Notes: generated by a model not told the origin, from the letters alone. DNA of 64,000 nt from Candidatus Poribacteria bacterium (GCA_965198235.1 OZ240248.1:832001-896000), one strand, 5' to 3'; positions 29,677 through 39,289 are shown, counted from the stretch's first letter. A program made the numbers and translations.

Positions 29677-29908
29677 CGTTTTTCCCTTTATCTTATTTTG
29701 ACGTAACTCGTAGGTTTCCAAAACTTGCTGTTAAAAGATCAATCTTGAAATTTTTAGGGCTTCAGTTATAATGGTATCATGTTTTCACATTTTGTGAATA
29801 ACATTTTTGCCTATCCTACAAAATATATTGGTCGCTTTGCACCTTAATAAAAGCGGCTTTTTAGGAATCATTATTTTTTCGAGGTGCAAATTATCGGAGA
29901 ATAATTTC

Positions 29909-31243
29909 ATGAATCAAGATGAGGTCAAACGTTTAGTTGAAGAGAACGGTATTGAGTTTTTTCTATGCTCTTTCGTAGAGATGAGCGGTGCCCCGAAGGC
30001 AAAGGTTATTCCATCCACACACCTCGAAAATATGGCAGAAGAAGGCGCGGGTTTCGGTGGCTTCGCCGCAGGTGAGATAGGGCAATATCCCCACGACCCG
30101 GAGATGGCAAGTATCCCCGACTTTAACTCGCTGACAATTGTGCCGTGGCGGAAAAACATAGCGTGGGTAGCAGGAGACATGTATGTTGAAGGCGAAGCGT
30201 GGCACTACTGTCCGAGAACCATTCTGCGGCGGCAATTGGAAAAAGCGAGGGAGAACGGTTATATCTTCAACGTCGGCATAGAGGCAGAATTCATGCTGTT
30301 GAAACAGGATGAGACCGGTTCCTATGCCCCATGGGACAAGCTTGATACGTTGGATAAGCCGTGCTACGATCTAAGGGCACTCCATCGTAACCTTGATACG
30401 ATGACTACCCTGATTAAATACATGCAAGAATTGGAGTGGGAGCCCTACGCAAACGACCATGAAGATGGAACGTGTCAGTTCGAGGCAAACTGGACCTATT
30501 CGGACGCACTTACGACAACGGATCGGCATACCTTCTTCAAATGGATGGTCAAAACGCTTGCAGAGGAACGTGGGTTGTTGGCAACGTTTATGCCGAAACC
30601 GTTTACCAATTTGACGGGAAACGGTGCACACTTCCACATGAGCCTCTGGGATGAAGGAAATCAAACGAATCTGTTTCTGGATGAGGATGATAGAAACGGC
30701 TTGTCTCAACTTGCTTACTGGTTTACAGGCGGTATTCTCAAACATGCGAAAGCAGTAACGGCGGTTACGAACCCGCTTGTGAACAGCTACAAACGTTTAG
30801 TTCGCAGACCACCGCGTTCCGGTTCATCGTGGGCACCGGTTTACGTCACCTACGGGGCGAACAATCGGACACAGATGATTCGGATTCCCGCACCGGGACG
30901 AATTGAGAACCGATTAGGCGATGGAGCAGCAAATCCTTACCTCGCGGCGACAGTTCTGCTTGCAGCGGGTCTGGACGGCATCGAACATCAGATCGATCCG
31001 GGGGTACAGAACGAGGATAACCTTTATGAGGTCCCGGAGGACGAATTGCAACAGCGCGGTATAGGTTCTCTACCTGCAACGCTCGGCGAAGCGGCAGACA
31101 CCCTCGAAAAAGATGAAGTAATTAAGAATGCACTCGGAATGGAATATGCTGATTACTACATTCAGGTTAAACGCGAGGAATGGCGCAACTACCATTGGAA
31201 CGTCAGCCAGTGGGAAATTGATAACTACTTAGAGGTTTACTAA
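29909..31243 (+). CDS. glnT: Glutamine synthetase family, GlnT / gamma-glutamylmethylamide synthetase-like
   Basis: GAGFGGFA, KPCYD, PYANDHED..QFE.NW, ATFMPKPF..LTGNG.H.H.S, NNRTQMIR. Confidence 0.8.
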   Translation: MNQDEVKRLVEENGIEFFLCSFVEMSGAPKAKVIPSTHLENMAEEGAGFGGFAAGEIGQYPHDPEMASIPDFNSLTIVPWRKNIAWVAGDMYVEGEAWHYCPRTILRRQLEKARENGYIFNVGIEAEFMLLKQDETGSYAPWDKLDTLDKPCYDLRALHRNLDTMTTLIKYMQELEWEPYANDHEDGTCQFEANWTYSDALTTTDRHTFFKWMVKTLAEERGLLATFMPKPFTNLTGNGAHFHMSLWDEGNQTNLFLDEDDRNGLSQLAYWFTGGILKHAKAVTAVTNPLVNSYKRLVRRPPRSGSSWAPVYVTYGANNRTQMIRIPAPGRIENRLGDGAANPYLAATVLLAAGLDGIEHQIDPGVQNEDNLYEVPEDELQQRGIGSLPATLGEAADTLEKDEVIKNALGMEYADYYIQVKREEWRNYHWNVSQWEIDNYLEVY

Positions 31244-31298
31244 TATCGAGAATCATGAACGCAATGTGCGCCTACAAGAAGATAGAGGAAAAGAATCG

Positions 31299-32456
31299 GT
31301 GAAAATTTTATTCAAGCTGCTCGGTTTAGTACTTGCATGTCTGTTCTTCGTTTACATAGTTAGTTGTGGACAGCGTGAAGATGATGATGAAATTACGCCA
31401 GTAGGACTGGTGAGTGTAGAGCCGGCAGATGGGAGTACTATCGACGTAAACGGAATTATTACTGTTACTTTTGACGATATTCCCGAAAACGTATCAGTGA
31501 ATATAGGTGTCCTTAAAAGAGCAGGAACAACGGTCACAATCTTAGGACCTTTCAACCCGGGTTCACTCGCACTAACAATTACTTGGGAGGATGGAACGCA
31601 AACACTCGCCTACACTGTCACAACACCTAAACCGGTGGCGACTGAACCAATCTTTGAAGGTGAACAGGAACCTATTCTTGAATCCGACCCCATTATTCCA
31701 GATGGGATGGTATTGATTCCGGAAGGCGAGTTTAAGATGGGTAGTAATGATGGCGGTGCCGACAACGATGAACAGCCGGTGCATACCGTTCACCTCAATG
31801 CGTTTTATATAGACGCAAACGAGGTAACCAATGGAGAATTTAAGGATTTCGTTCTCGCGAATCCGGGATGGCAAAAAGATCGCATTGACGCGAGGTTTCA
31901 CGACGATAGTTATCTGAAAGATTGGAATGGAAATAATTATCCCCTTGGCGAACGTGAGCATCCAGTCCGCTATGTGAGTTGGTACGCAGCGATGGCTTAC
32001 GCGGTGTCGGTAGACAAACGTTTACCGACAGAAGCAGAATGGGAGAAAGCGGCACGCGGCGGATTAGACAAAAAACAGTATCCGTGGGGCAATGGGATTA
32101 ATTTCAACAGAGCAAATTATGGTAAGCATCTTGGCGAGACGACCCCTGTCGGCGATTACCCTCCGAACGATTACGGTGTCCATGACATCGCGGGAAACGT
32201 GTGGGAATGGTGTCTCGACGGATACGAGGCTGACTTCTATGCCAACTCTCCACGTCGAAATCCCACCGCAGGCGCGAATAATGTCGAAGAGATCGTCAAA
32301 GATTTCGAGAACATTGCAGATTTTCGCGTATTGCGGGGCGGTGGGTGGAACAGTAATCCTGAGTGGCTGCGCGCCGCAAACCGGCACGGGACGAGTCCAG
32401 CGTACGCTGGCATCGGTGCTCTCGGATTCCGTTGCGCGAAATCCGTATCACCTTAA
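31299..32456 (+). CDS. Lipoprotein: Ig-like (Big_5) + FGE-sulfatase/SUMF1 domain
   Basis: Lipobox IVSC; F.MGS, P.H.V, EVTN, RLPTEAEWEKAARGG, GNVWEWC, RGGGW, GFRC. Confidence 0.9.
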   Translation: MKILFKLLGLVLACLFFVYIVSCGQREDDDEITPVGLVSVEPADGSTIDVNGIITVTFDDIPENVSVNIGVLKRAGTTVTILGPFNPGSLALTITWEDGTQTLAYTVTTPKPVATEPIFEGEQEPILESDPIIPDGMVLIPEGEFKMGSNDGGADNDEQPVHTVHLNAFYIDANEVTNGEFKDFVLANPGWQKDRIDARFHDDSYLKDWNGNNYPLGEREHPVRYVSWYAAMAYAVSVDKRLPTEAEWEKAARGGLDKKQYPWGNGINFNRANYGKHLGETTPVGDYPPNDYGVHDIAGNVWEWCLDGYEADFYANSPRRNPTAGANNVEEIVKDFENIADFRVLRGGGWNSNPEWLRAANRHGTSPAYAGIGALGFRCAKSVSP

Positions 32457-32616
32457 CACTTGCCTAACCTGATTCACGGCACAAAATTTTGTGTGTTGAG
32501 ACAAAAACGAAAATCTGTTAGAATGTAGTTCAAGTAGAAAAGGACATCCGTTATTTTCTGCTTTTTGTATTTTGTATAATGTTAAGCTATTTTCACTTTT
32601 CAGCGAAGGAGACTCA

Positions 32617-33402
32617 ATGAGAATCTTTTCAGTAATCATGCTCTATTTGCTCATCTGTGCGGCATTTTCGCACGCCGACTTAATGGAAGGGCTCGTCCTA
32701 TACATGCCTCTTGATGAAGGCTCTGGGACCGCGACACAAGACTTCTCCGCAAACGGCTTTGAAGGTGAAGTGAAGGGTGGAGCGAAATGGATTGACGGAC
32801 AGTTCGGAAAGGCACTTCAATTTGCGGCGGCTGCAGATCATGTCCTCATTGAAGACGATGCCGCCTTTCATTTGGAAGGGGCAATTACACAATCCGCTTG
32901 GGTTCAGTTGGACAGGCTCCCAGGGGCACACGCCATTATTTTCGGCACGCGGCAGAGTGGTGCGACTCGGCATATCGGTTTCGGGTTCGGCATGAATCCG
33001 GGGAACGGTATCAAAGTCTGGACCAACGGTGCAGCCGGTGGATTTAAGGACATCAACGATAACGCAACAAAACTGGAAACGGGCAAGTGGTATTATCTCG
33101 CCTATACCCACACAGACGACAGCAACGGCTTAGTGGAAATCTACGTAGACGGCGAGGTAACGCACTCGGAGGAATCGGGAAATCCAGTTGCCCCGGCTGA
33201 AAATACAAGTGCAGTGACTATTGGCACTTGGGGCGGTGAAGCGTGGACAGGGAGCGTTGATGAGGTTCGGCTTTGGGATCGTGCCCTCTCGGCTGACGAA
33301 ATCAAAGCGAGTATGAACCAAGACGCTGAATCATTCCTGACACCAGTCGAGCCGCAAGGCAAACTCGCCACGTCCTGGGCGAACCTTAAGTCGAACAGAT
33401 AA
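32617..33402 (+). CDS. Secreted LamG/ConA-like jelly-roll protein with C-terminal Trp motif
   Basis: GLVLYMPLDEGSG, G.FGKAL.F, WY.LAYT, IYVDG, G.VDEVRLWDRALS; ends VEPQGKLATSWANLK. Confidence 0.9.
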   Translation: MRIFSVIMLYLLICAAFSHADLMEGLVLYMPLDEGSGTATQDFSANGFEGEVKGGAKWIDGQFGKALQFAAAADHVLIEDDAAFHLEGAITQSAWVQLDRLPGAHAIIFGTRQSGATRHIGFGFGMNPGNGIKVWTNGAAGGFKDINDNATKLETGKWYYLAYTHTDDSNGLVEIYVDGEVTHSEESGNPVAPAENTSAVTIGTWGGEAWTGSVDEVRLWDRALSADEIKASMNQDAESFLTPVEPQGKLATSWANLKSNR

Positions 33403-33501
33403 GATGAAATTAACGCTGACATGAACAACGGCGTTCTATTTGCTGTTGATCCAGCGGAAAAATTGAGCACTCTGTGGGCAAGTATCAAGGCTGAGTATTA
33501 A
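33403..33501 (+). pseudogene. Orphan LamG-type C-terminal fragment in frame after the stop codon
   Basis: Translates DEINADMNNGVLFAVDPAEKLSTLWASIKAEY*, paralogous to the preceding C-terminus. Confidence 0.75.
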
Positions 33502-33571
33502 TCGATACGGCTATGAGTGAGATCTGATCGCGATTCTTCACATCTCGTAGCGGATCTCCAATCCCAGGATC

Positions 33572-33677
33572 GAATTAACCGAAAACCTGTGCGTAATGAA
33601 ATTAGGTTTCCTTAAACGGCATAATTTGTCTTTGCTTTACATTTGGAGCACAGCCCAGGAGCTCATAGTTAAAAAAA
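33572..33677 (+). repeat. Modular repeat, copy R3 (overlaps the start of the next ORF)
   Basis: aaacctgtgcgtaatgaaat[~40-bp insert]ttggagcacagcccaggagctcatagttaaaaa. Confidence 0.8.
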
Positions 33678-34693
33678 TAAAAACAGAAACCCAGTTAGAA
33701 TCATACTTATCCGAACCGACAGACGAAGTGATAGCGTCTATGGCTGCACTGGATGGGGATATCCTTATCCTCGGTGTTGGTGGAAAGATGGGACCGACGC
33801 TCGCCAAACAGGCGAAACGTGCCATTGATCTCGCAGGTGTTAGTAAAAAAGTCATCGGTGTGTCCCGTTTTTCGACACCGGGTGTGCGAGAAGGTTTACA
33901 CGAAGCCGGTATTGAAACGATTGCCGCGGATCTACTATCCGAAGATTGCTTACAAAATCTACCCGCCATCCAAAATGTGATCTTGATGGCGGGTAGGAAG
34001 TTCGGTTCCACAGATAATGAAAGTCTAACTTGGGCGATGAATAGTTACATGCCAGGACGCGTGGTAGATAAGTTTAGAGATTCTCAGTTAGTCATTTTTT
34101 CAACAGGGAACGTCTATCCGCTGACACCAGTCTCCCATGGGGGTGCGACAGAATGTTTACTCCCCGTTCCAATTGGTGAATACGCCCAATCGTGCCTGAG
34201 CCGTGAGCGTATATGTGCCTACTTTTCATCGCAATTCGGTACACCTATGGCGATTTTGCGCTTAAATTACGCGATCGACCTCCGCTACGGGATACTGCTG
34301 GATATCGCCGAAAAAGTTTACACAGAACAACCGATTCCACTTGAGATGGGCAATGTGAATGTAATATGGCAAGGCGACGCGAATGCAGTAGCATTACGTG
34401 TTTTCGCACATTGCCAAAGCCCACCGCTGATCCTCAATGTGACGGGACCGGAGACTGTTTCTGTCCGACACCTCGCTTTACGTTTCGGCGCGCTTTTCAA
34501 CAAACCGCCACGGTTCGAGGATGAAGAGGCAGAAACGGCACTACTAAGTAATGCATCTCGGTGTCACCGACTGTTTGGATACCCATGTGTTTCCTTGGAA
34601 CAGATGATCGAGTGGATAGCAGAATGGATTCGGATAGGCGGCACAACACTCCGTAAACCGACTCATTTCGAGGTGCGTGACGGAAAATTCTGA
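33596..34693 (+). CDS. NAD-dependent epimerase/dehydratase
   Basis: GVGGKMG, MAGRKFG, STGNVY, YAQSC, RLNYA; the first ~27 aa are repeat-derived and the true start is uncertain. Confidence 0.85.
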   Translation: MKLGFLKRHNLSLLYIWSTAQELIVKKIKTETQLESYLSEPTDEVIASMAALDGDILILGVGGKMGPTLAKQAKRAIDLAGVSKKVIGVSRFSTPGVREGLHEAGIETIAADLLSEDCLQNLPAIQNVILMAGRKFGSTDNESLTWAMNSYMPGRVVDKFRDSQLVIFSTGNVYPLTPVSHGGATECLLPVPIGEYAQSCLSRERICAYFSSQFGTPMAILRLNYAIDLRYGILLDIAEKVYTEQPIPLEMGNVNVIWQGDANAVALRVFAHCQSPPLILNVTGPETVSVRHLALRFGALFNKPPRFEDEEAETALLSNASRCHRLFGYPCVSLEQMIEWIAEWIRIGGTTLRKPTHFEVRDGKF

Positions 34694-34731
34694 TATTTTG
34701 TCCCGGACTGTAAAAACAACATAGACAAAAA

Positions 34732-35691
34732 ATGCGAATTTTGTTAGCATATCAGAGCAGTGTTTTTGTAACGTTTGCATTTTTAATCGGTAGTGCTTTG
34801 TGCCAACCGCATCCACCGGTGACTATCGCTTTTGCTTCGGACGTGAGCGGTGATTGGGAAATCTACCTGACAGATACGACCGGCAAACGACCGGTGAATC
34901 TTACACACAATCCGGCTGCGGATTATTACCCGACGTGGGCACCTGATGGAACTCAGATCGCTTTCTTCTCTCGGCGCGATGGGAATCACGAAATTTATGT
35001 GATGCAGGCTGATGGAACCAATCAGCAACGCTTAACACATCACCCGGCGACAGATAAGGCTCCTGCTTGGGCACCCGATGGTAAGCGTCTTGCCTTCACG
35101 TCAAATCGCGATGGACATTTCAACATTTACCTGCTCCATCTCGATAACGGCGAGGTGACCCACCTCACCGAAAATCCATTTGAAGATGAAGCCCCTTCGT
35201 GGGCACCCGATGGAAATATCTTAGTTTTCCACTCAAAACGGGAACTCAACTGGGACATATACGTGATTGATGTAGGCAGTCAAGTGGAACGGCGATTGAC
35301 CCACCAACCACTGATGGACACTTATCCCGCTTGGGCACCCGATGGCACACAGATTGTATATGCGTCTATGCATCAAGAGGCGGAACTCGCTGATTTCGAC
35401 TTGTACATTATGGATGCCGTTGATGGTGGGAACAAACAAGCACTCACCGATACACCAACAGACGAAGCGGTTCCTGCTTGGGCACCTAATGGCAAAACGC
35501 TCGCTTTTCAATTTGAGAAGGATGGCAGATGGGTTATCCACCTGATGCATGCCGATGGAACCGAACGACGTGAATTAATTAACAATGGGGCATGGGCGGC
35601 ACAACCGAAATGGTTCAGTGGCTCAGATGTCCTGCCTATAGAACCGTCAAAATTACAGATTCAGCAATGGGGCAAAATTCGAGTCCCATAG
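34732..35691 (+). CDS. TolB-like PD40 beta-propeller, secreted, with degenerate C-terminal Trp motif
   Basis: Five P.WAPDG/NG repeats; ends PIEPSKLQIQQWGKIR. Confidence 0.9.
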   Translation: MRILLAYQSSVFVTFAFLIGSALCQPHPPVTIAFASDVSGDWEIYLTDTTGKRPVNLTHNPAADYYPTWAPDGTQIAFFSRRDGNHEIYVMQADGTNQQRLTHHPATDKAPAWAPDGKRLAFTSNRDGHFNIYLLHLDNGEVTHLTENPFEDEAPSWAPDGNILVFHSKRELNWDIYVIDVGSQVERRLTHQPLMDTYPAWAPDGTQIVYASMHQEAELADFDLYIMDAVDGGNKQALTDTPTDEAVPAWAPNGKTLAFQFEKDGRWVIHLMHADGTERRELINNGAWAAQPKWFSGSDVLPIEPSKLQIQQWGKIRVP

Positions 35692-35800
35692 GACGGAAGT
35701 CAACATAAATATATCGTGAAAGCGATTGAAACATTGTCAACAGGTGCTTACACAGCGAAGCGCACCTATCAGAATTAACTTAATCCAAAGGAGATGTTTT

Positions 35801-36454
35801 ATGCGTTTCAAGACGTTAGTATTAGGTATGCTTTTCATAATTGGTTTACTGCTAACAAACAGTATAAGTTACGGCTATGAACGGGCAATTGAAGCAGAAA
35901 TGGCGGATGCTGTCGAAGCACCGATGGTAGTCGCCGACGATGCCGATGCTTCCGGGGGACAGTTTATATGGATGGAGGGTGCCCCCGTCGCAGGTGGTGG
36001 CGGTGAAGGTTGGGCGGAATACATACTACATATTTCAGCACCCGGCACCTACGCACTCTGGGGCAAAGTCATCGCATGGGATGGCAATAGTGATTCCTTC
36101 TGGGTGACATGGCAACCCGCCGATCCGGACGAAGATGCACAAGCAACTCAGAATACCGAATTTCGCTGGGGCGTCGCTCAAGGTAACGATTGGCACTGGG
36201 ACCGGATCAACCACTGGTTAGACGGCGGCACTTTTGAACGGGAATGGGAGATAGAGGCAGCTGGGGACACCACACTGCGTATCGCCGTTCGGGAAGATGC
36301 TACGATGTTGGATGTGATATACATCACTGACAATCTCTCTGAGGACGAAGCGGAAGTAAGTCCGCGGGATCCGATTCCTGAAGATTCCTTAACGCCTGTC
36401 GAGCCGCAAGATAAACTCGCTACAATGTGGGGCAGACTTAAAGCGGGCAAATAG
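35801..36454 (+). CDS. Secreted galactose-binding-like (CBM-like) protein, paralog 1
   Basis: EAE...DASGG..I...G.YALWG.V...DSFWV...REDATMLD.IYIT; ends VEPQDKLATMWGRLK. Confidence 0.75.
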   Translation: MRFKTLVLGMLFIIGLLLTNSISYGYERAIEAEMADAVEAPMVVADDADASGGQFIWMEGAPVAGGGGEGWAEYILHISAPGTYALWGKVIAWDGNSDSFWVTWQPADPDEDAQATQNTEFRWGVAQGNDWHWDRINHWLDGGTFEREWEIEAAGDTTLRIAVREDATMLDVIYITDNLSEDEAEVSPRDPIPEDSLTPVEPQDKLATMWGRLKAGK

Positions 36455-36466
36455 TTAAGCAACTGC

Positions 36467-36492
36467 GGGCGGATAGGCAAATCCGCCCTTTT
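36467..36492 (+). terminator. Intrinsic terminator
   Basis: gggcggat-loop-atccgccc followed by tttt. Confidence 0.65.
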
Positions 36493-36692
36493 AAATTTTC
36501 CTTGCGGTTCGATGACGTGAGTTTTAGTATTCACGTGTCATTCCGCAGAGTCGCTTTCCACTACGTTTCAAGCTGTGCATTCTTTTAAAAAAGGCGTACA
36601 GAAGGATCGGAAACCTGCCCGAAACATTGTCCCGCAGGTTTCCTATAGAGGCTTGCGCAAGGAGGGCAGTCCAGGAGACCATTAATTAAAAA
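36489..36692 (+). repeat. Modular repeat, copy R4
   Basis: ttttccttgcggttcg left arm shared with 61046 and 63304; right arm aaacctgcccgaaac[insert]ggagggcagtccagg..aattaaaaa. Confidence 0.7.
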
Positions 36693-37367
36693 ATGAAATA
36701 CGGAATAATTTTTCCGCTGATTATACTGGCAGTATTTTTATCCGGAATCGTGGAACTTAGTGCTGAGGTAGAAATTGCCCTCGAAGCCGAACTGGCAGAC
36801 GAAATTGTAGAACCGATGATTATTGACGAGGAAAAAGACGCATCTGATGGAAAATTCATCTGGATGAAAGGGGAACCAGTTGCTGGTGGTGGCGGTACAG
36901 GTCATGCCGACTTTATCATTAACATCCCGGAACCTGGCAAGTACGCACTCTGGGGTCACGTTATTGCATGGGATGGCAACAGCGATTCGTTTTGGGTGAC
37001 ATGGCAACCTGCCGATCCGGACGAAGACGCACAAGCAACCCAGAACACTGAGTTCCGCTGGGGCGTTGGCCAAGGTGCCGCTTGGCACTGGGATCGCATC
37101 AACCACTGGTTAGATGGCGGAACCTTCGACCGAGAATGGAAGTTTGATAAAGCCGGTGAAACGTTCCTACGTATCGGGGTGCGAGAAGATGCTACGATGT
37201 TAGATGCAATTTTCGTGACTACTAACGTGAAAGCCACGGTTGCAGACCAAGCAAACGTTCGTCTTCCAACTGATAAAGACAGGAAGATACAAATCGAGGG
37301 GCTCGCTGTGGACGCAAAAGGTAAAGCCGCAACCACTTGGGGTTCCTTGAAACAGGCATATCAATAA
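36693..37367 (+). CDS. Secreted CBM-like protein, paralog 2
   Basis: Core nearly identical to 35801-36454; ends AVDAKGKAATTWGSLK. Confidence 0.75.
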   Translation: MKYGIIFPLIILAVFLSGIVELSAEVEIALEAELADEIVEPMIIDEEKDASDGKFIWMKGEPVAGGGGTGHADFIINIPEPGKYALWGHVIAWDGNSDSFWVTWQPADPDEDAQATQNTEFRWGVGQGAAWHWDRINHWLDGGTFDREWKFDKAGETFLRIGVREDATMLDAIFVTTNVKATVADQANVRLPTDKDRKIQIEGLAVDAKGKAATTWGSLKQAYQ

Positions 37368-37794
37368 GAAATGGCGAAATGAACTTGTGCGTGTGAGTTT
37401 CGATGCGAACTTGCGTTTGATGCTCATAGGTTCTATTTTCCGATTGCAGGTTAGCGCAGGGGGTAGTTTCGATAAACAGGTTGTTACGAAACAGATAGCA
37501 CCGCTCTCCATAATAATTGATACGCCATTGGTCAAAGCCACGTTCAAACTGGATAACACGATCAGGCGGGCCGAGGTGAAACTGCAATTTCTTCACTGCC
37601 CGCTTGTCGCGCGTAACAAGCGCATAGGTCACGGACGCTAAACCCGAAAGAATCCCACCTAAAACTATTTTTCCTCTTAATTTGACTGAAATACTCTCCG
37701 CAGTCGGTGTTAATCCCCAAATTAGGCACACAATAAGAACAAATGCACAGATTTTTTTTCGTTTTAGAGAGAAAATATGACATAAATTTAACAT
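37222..37794 (-). CDS. Hypothetical membrane/secreted protein
   Basis: Fills an otherwise empty gap and has two hydrophobic segments; 3' end overlaps the convergent gene by ~145 bp. Confidence 0.45.
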   Translation of the reverse strand: MLNLCHIFSLKRKKICAFVLIVCLIWGLTPTAESISVKLRGKIVLGGILSGLASVTYALVTRDKRAVKKLQFHLGPPDRVIQFERGFDQWRINYYGERCYLFRNNLFIETTPCANLQSENRTYEHQTQVRIETHTHKFISPFLIDMPVSRNPKWLRLYLLRPQRAPRFVSSCLYQLEDERLLGLQPWLSR

Positions 37795-37808
37795 TTGTGT
37801 GTTATCTC

Positions 37809-37837
37809 TTGACAAAAAAAATTTTTAGGGGTATCCT
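37809..37837 (+). promoter_or_regulatory. sigma70-like promoter of nadA
   Basis: TTGACA-17-TATCCT. Confidence 0.55.
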
Positions 37838-38028
37838 AATTGGAATGAATAAAAAGAATCGCTACTTAGGACGCAGATTGCAAGCCCATATTGAGGAGAT
37901 TGAAAACCCGTACAGATTTTCAATCTCAGTCGCGAGTGTACCAAAAACCTGCTTGGAACGAAGTGGAAAGCAGTCCAGGAGCAATCAATTAAAAACCTGA
38001 TTAGCGATCTACTTGGAGCGTGTAAAAA

Positions 38029-39156
38029 ATGACTGTCATGCATTCTAAGGGAAAGACTCCCGACACAGCAGATGCACCGAATTGTACGACAGAACTGAGC
38101 CTTGAGGACGTTAAACAGGAACTATATAACCGTCACCATCCGAGTTTAACGTTTCTCGATATAGAAGCCCATGCGAAGACCATTCACAAAATACGGACCC
38201 TGAAACAGAAACACAACATTGTGATGCTCGGTCACAACTACATGGAGCCACTGGTTTTTGGACTTTCTGAAAAAGAGGAACAGGGCGATTCGCTCGGGCT
38301 GAGCATGTACGCCGCAAACACAGAAGCACCCTATTTAATCTTTAACGGCGTACCTTTCATGGCAGAAACAGCGAAAATCTTAAATCCGAGCAAAACGGTG
38401 CTGGTCGCAGATAAAACAGCAGGATGCTCGCTCGCCGATAACTTCGGTGCCGAAGATGTCAAGGAGTTAAAAGCCCTTTACCCTGGTGCGCCAGTGATGA
38501 TTTACGTTAATAGCTACGCCGACGCGAAAGCAGAATCGGACATCTGCTGTACGTCGGCAAATGCCGCACACATCGCGAAAACGATGCCAGGGGATACAAT
38601 AATTTTCGTGCCCGATATCTTCTTTGCGCAGAATTTGGAGGAAGAATTGAAGGGCGAGAAAAATGTCGTCTACCCCGGCAAAGACAACACAGCACGCGGC
38701 GCAGTCTGTGAAGTCCATGAAAGATTTACACTTGATGATCTCCTCGGAATCCGAGAATCATTTGAAATCCCGAAAGGACATCCTCACCGCAAACTATACG
38801 CACACTGGGAATGCCGTCCAAACGTTTTACAGGAAGCAGATTTTTACGGCAGTACCAGTCAGATTATGAAGGATATAGGGGAACGTGTTGCAGCGAACCA
38901 ACTTGAGCGCGCCTTTGTTGCTTCGGAGTGCGAATTAACCTCAAATCTGGCACAGGAGTTTCCAGAAGTTCAGTTTTGGACAGCGTGCTCGGTCCGATGC
39001 TCACACATGGCACAAGTGAGCTTGGGTAAAATAGCGAACATCCTAGAAGCAATCGACCAGGGCGCAGACCTTAATGAATATGAGATTACGCTGAATCCTG
39101 AAATTATCGATAAAGCCCGTACACCGATTGAGCGAATGCTTGAGGCAAGTGTGTAA
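38029..39156 (+). CDS. nadA: Quinolinate synthase A
   Basis: HNY, GDSL, GV.FMAETAKILNP, AGCSLA, YVNS, CCTSANA, CEVH, H.EC, GSTS, C.HM. Confidence 0.95.
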   Translation: MTVMHSKGKTPDTADAPNCTTELSLEDVKQELYNRHHPSLTFLDIEAHAKTIHKIRTLKQKHNIVMLGHNYMEPLVFGLSEKEEQGDSLGLSMYAANTEAPYLIFNGVPFMAETAKILNPSKTVLVADKTAGCSLADNFGAEDVKELKALYPGAPVMIYVNSYADAKAESDICCTSANAAHIAKTMPGDTIIFVPDIFFAQNLEEELKGEKNVVYPGKDNTARGAVCEVHERFTLDDLLGIRESFEIPKGHPHRKLYAHWECRPNVLQEADFYGSTSQIMKDIGERVAANQLERAFVASECELTSNLAQEFPEVQFWTACSVRCSHMAQVSLGKIANILEAIDQGADLNEYEITLNPEIIDKARTPIERMLEASV

Positions 39157-39193
39157 TAGTTATCAGTTATCCGTCTTCAGTTATCAGTTAAAT

Positions 39194-39227
39194 AAATAGG
39201 GTTCTAATGCACATTAGAACCCTATTT
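39194..39227. terminator. Bidirectional terminator between nadA and the PorV-family gene
   Basis: 16-bp perfect inverted repeat aaatagggttctaatg / cattagaaccctattt. Confidence 0.75.
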
Positions 39228-39289
39228 TATGGTAAAACTCGAAAATATGTGGACAGTTATTCAATGAATGAAGCTCCAACGGATAACTA

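Noticed and set aside
32300-32456. Diversity-generating retroelement target in the FGE-domain C-terminus
   Set aside because: No template repeat differing at adenines and no reverse transcriptase in the window.
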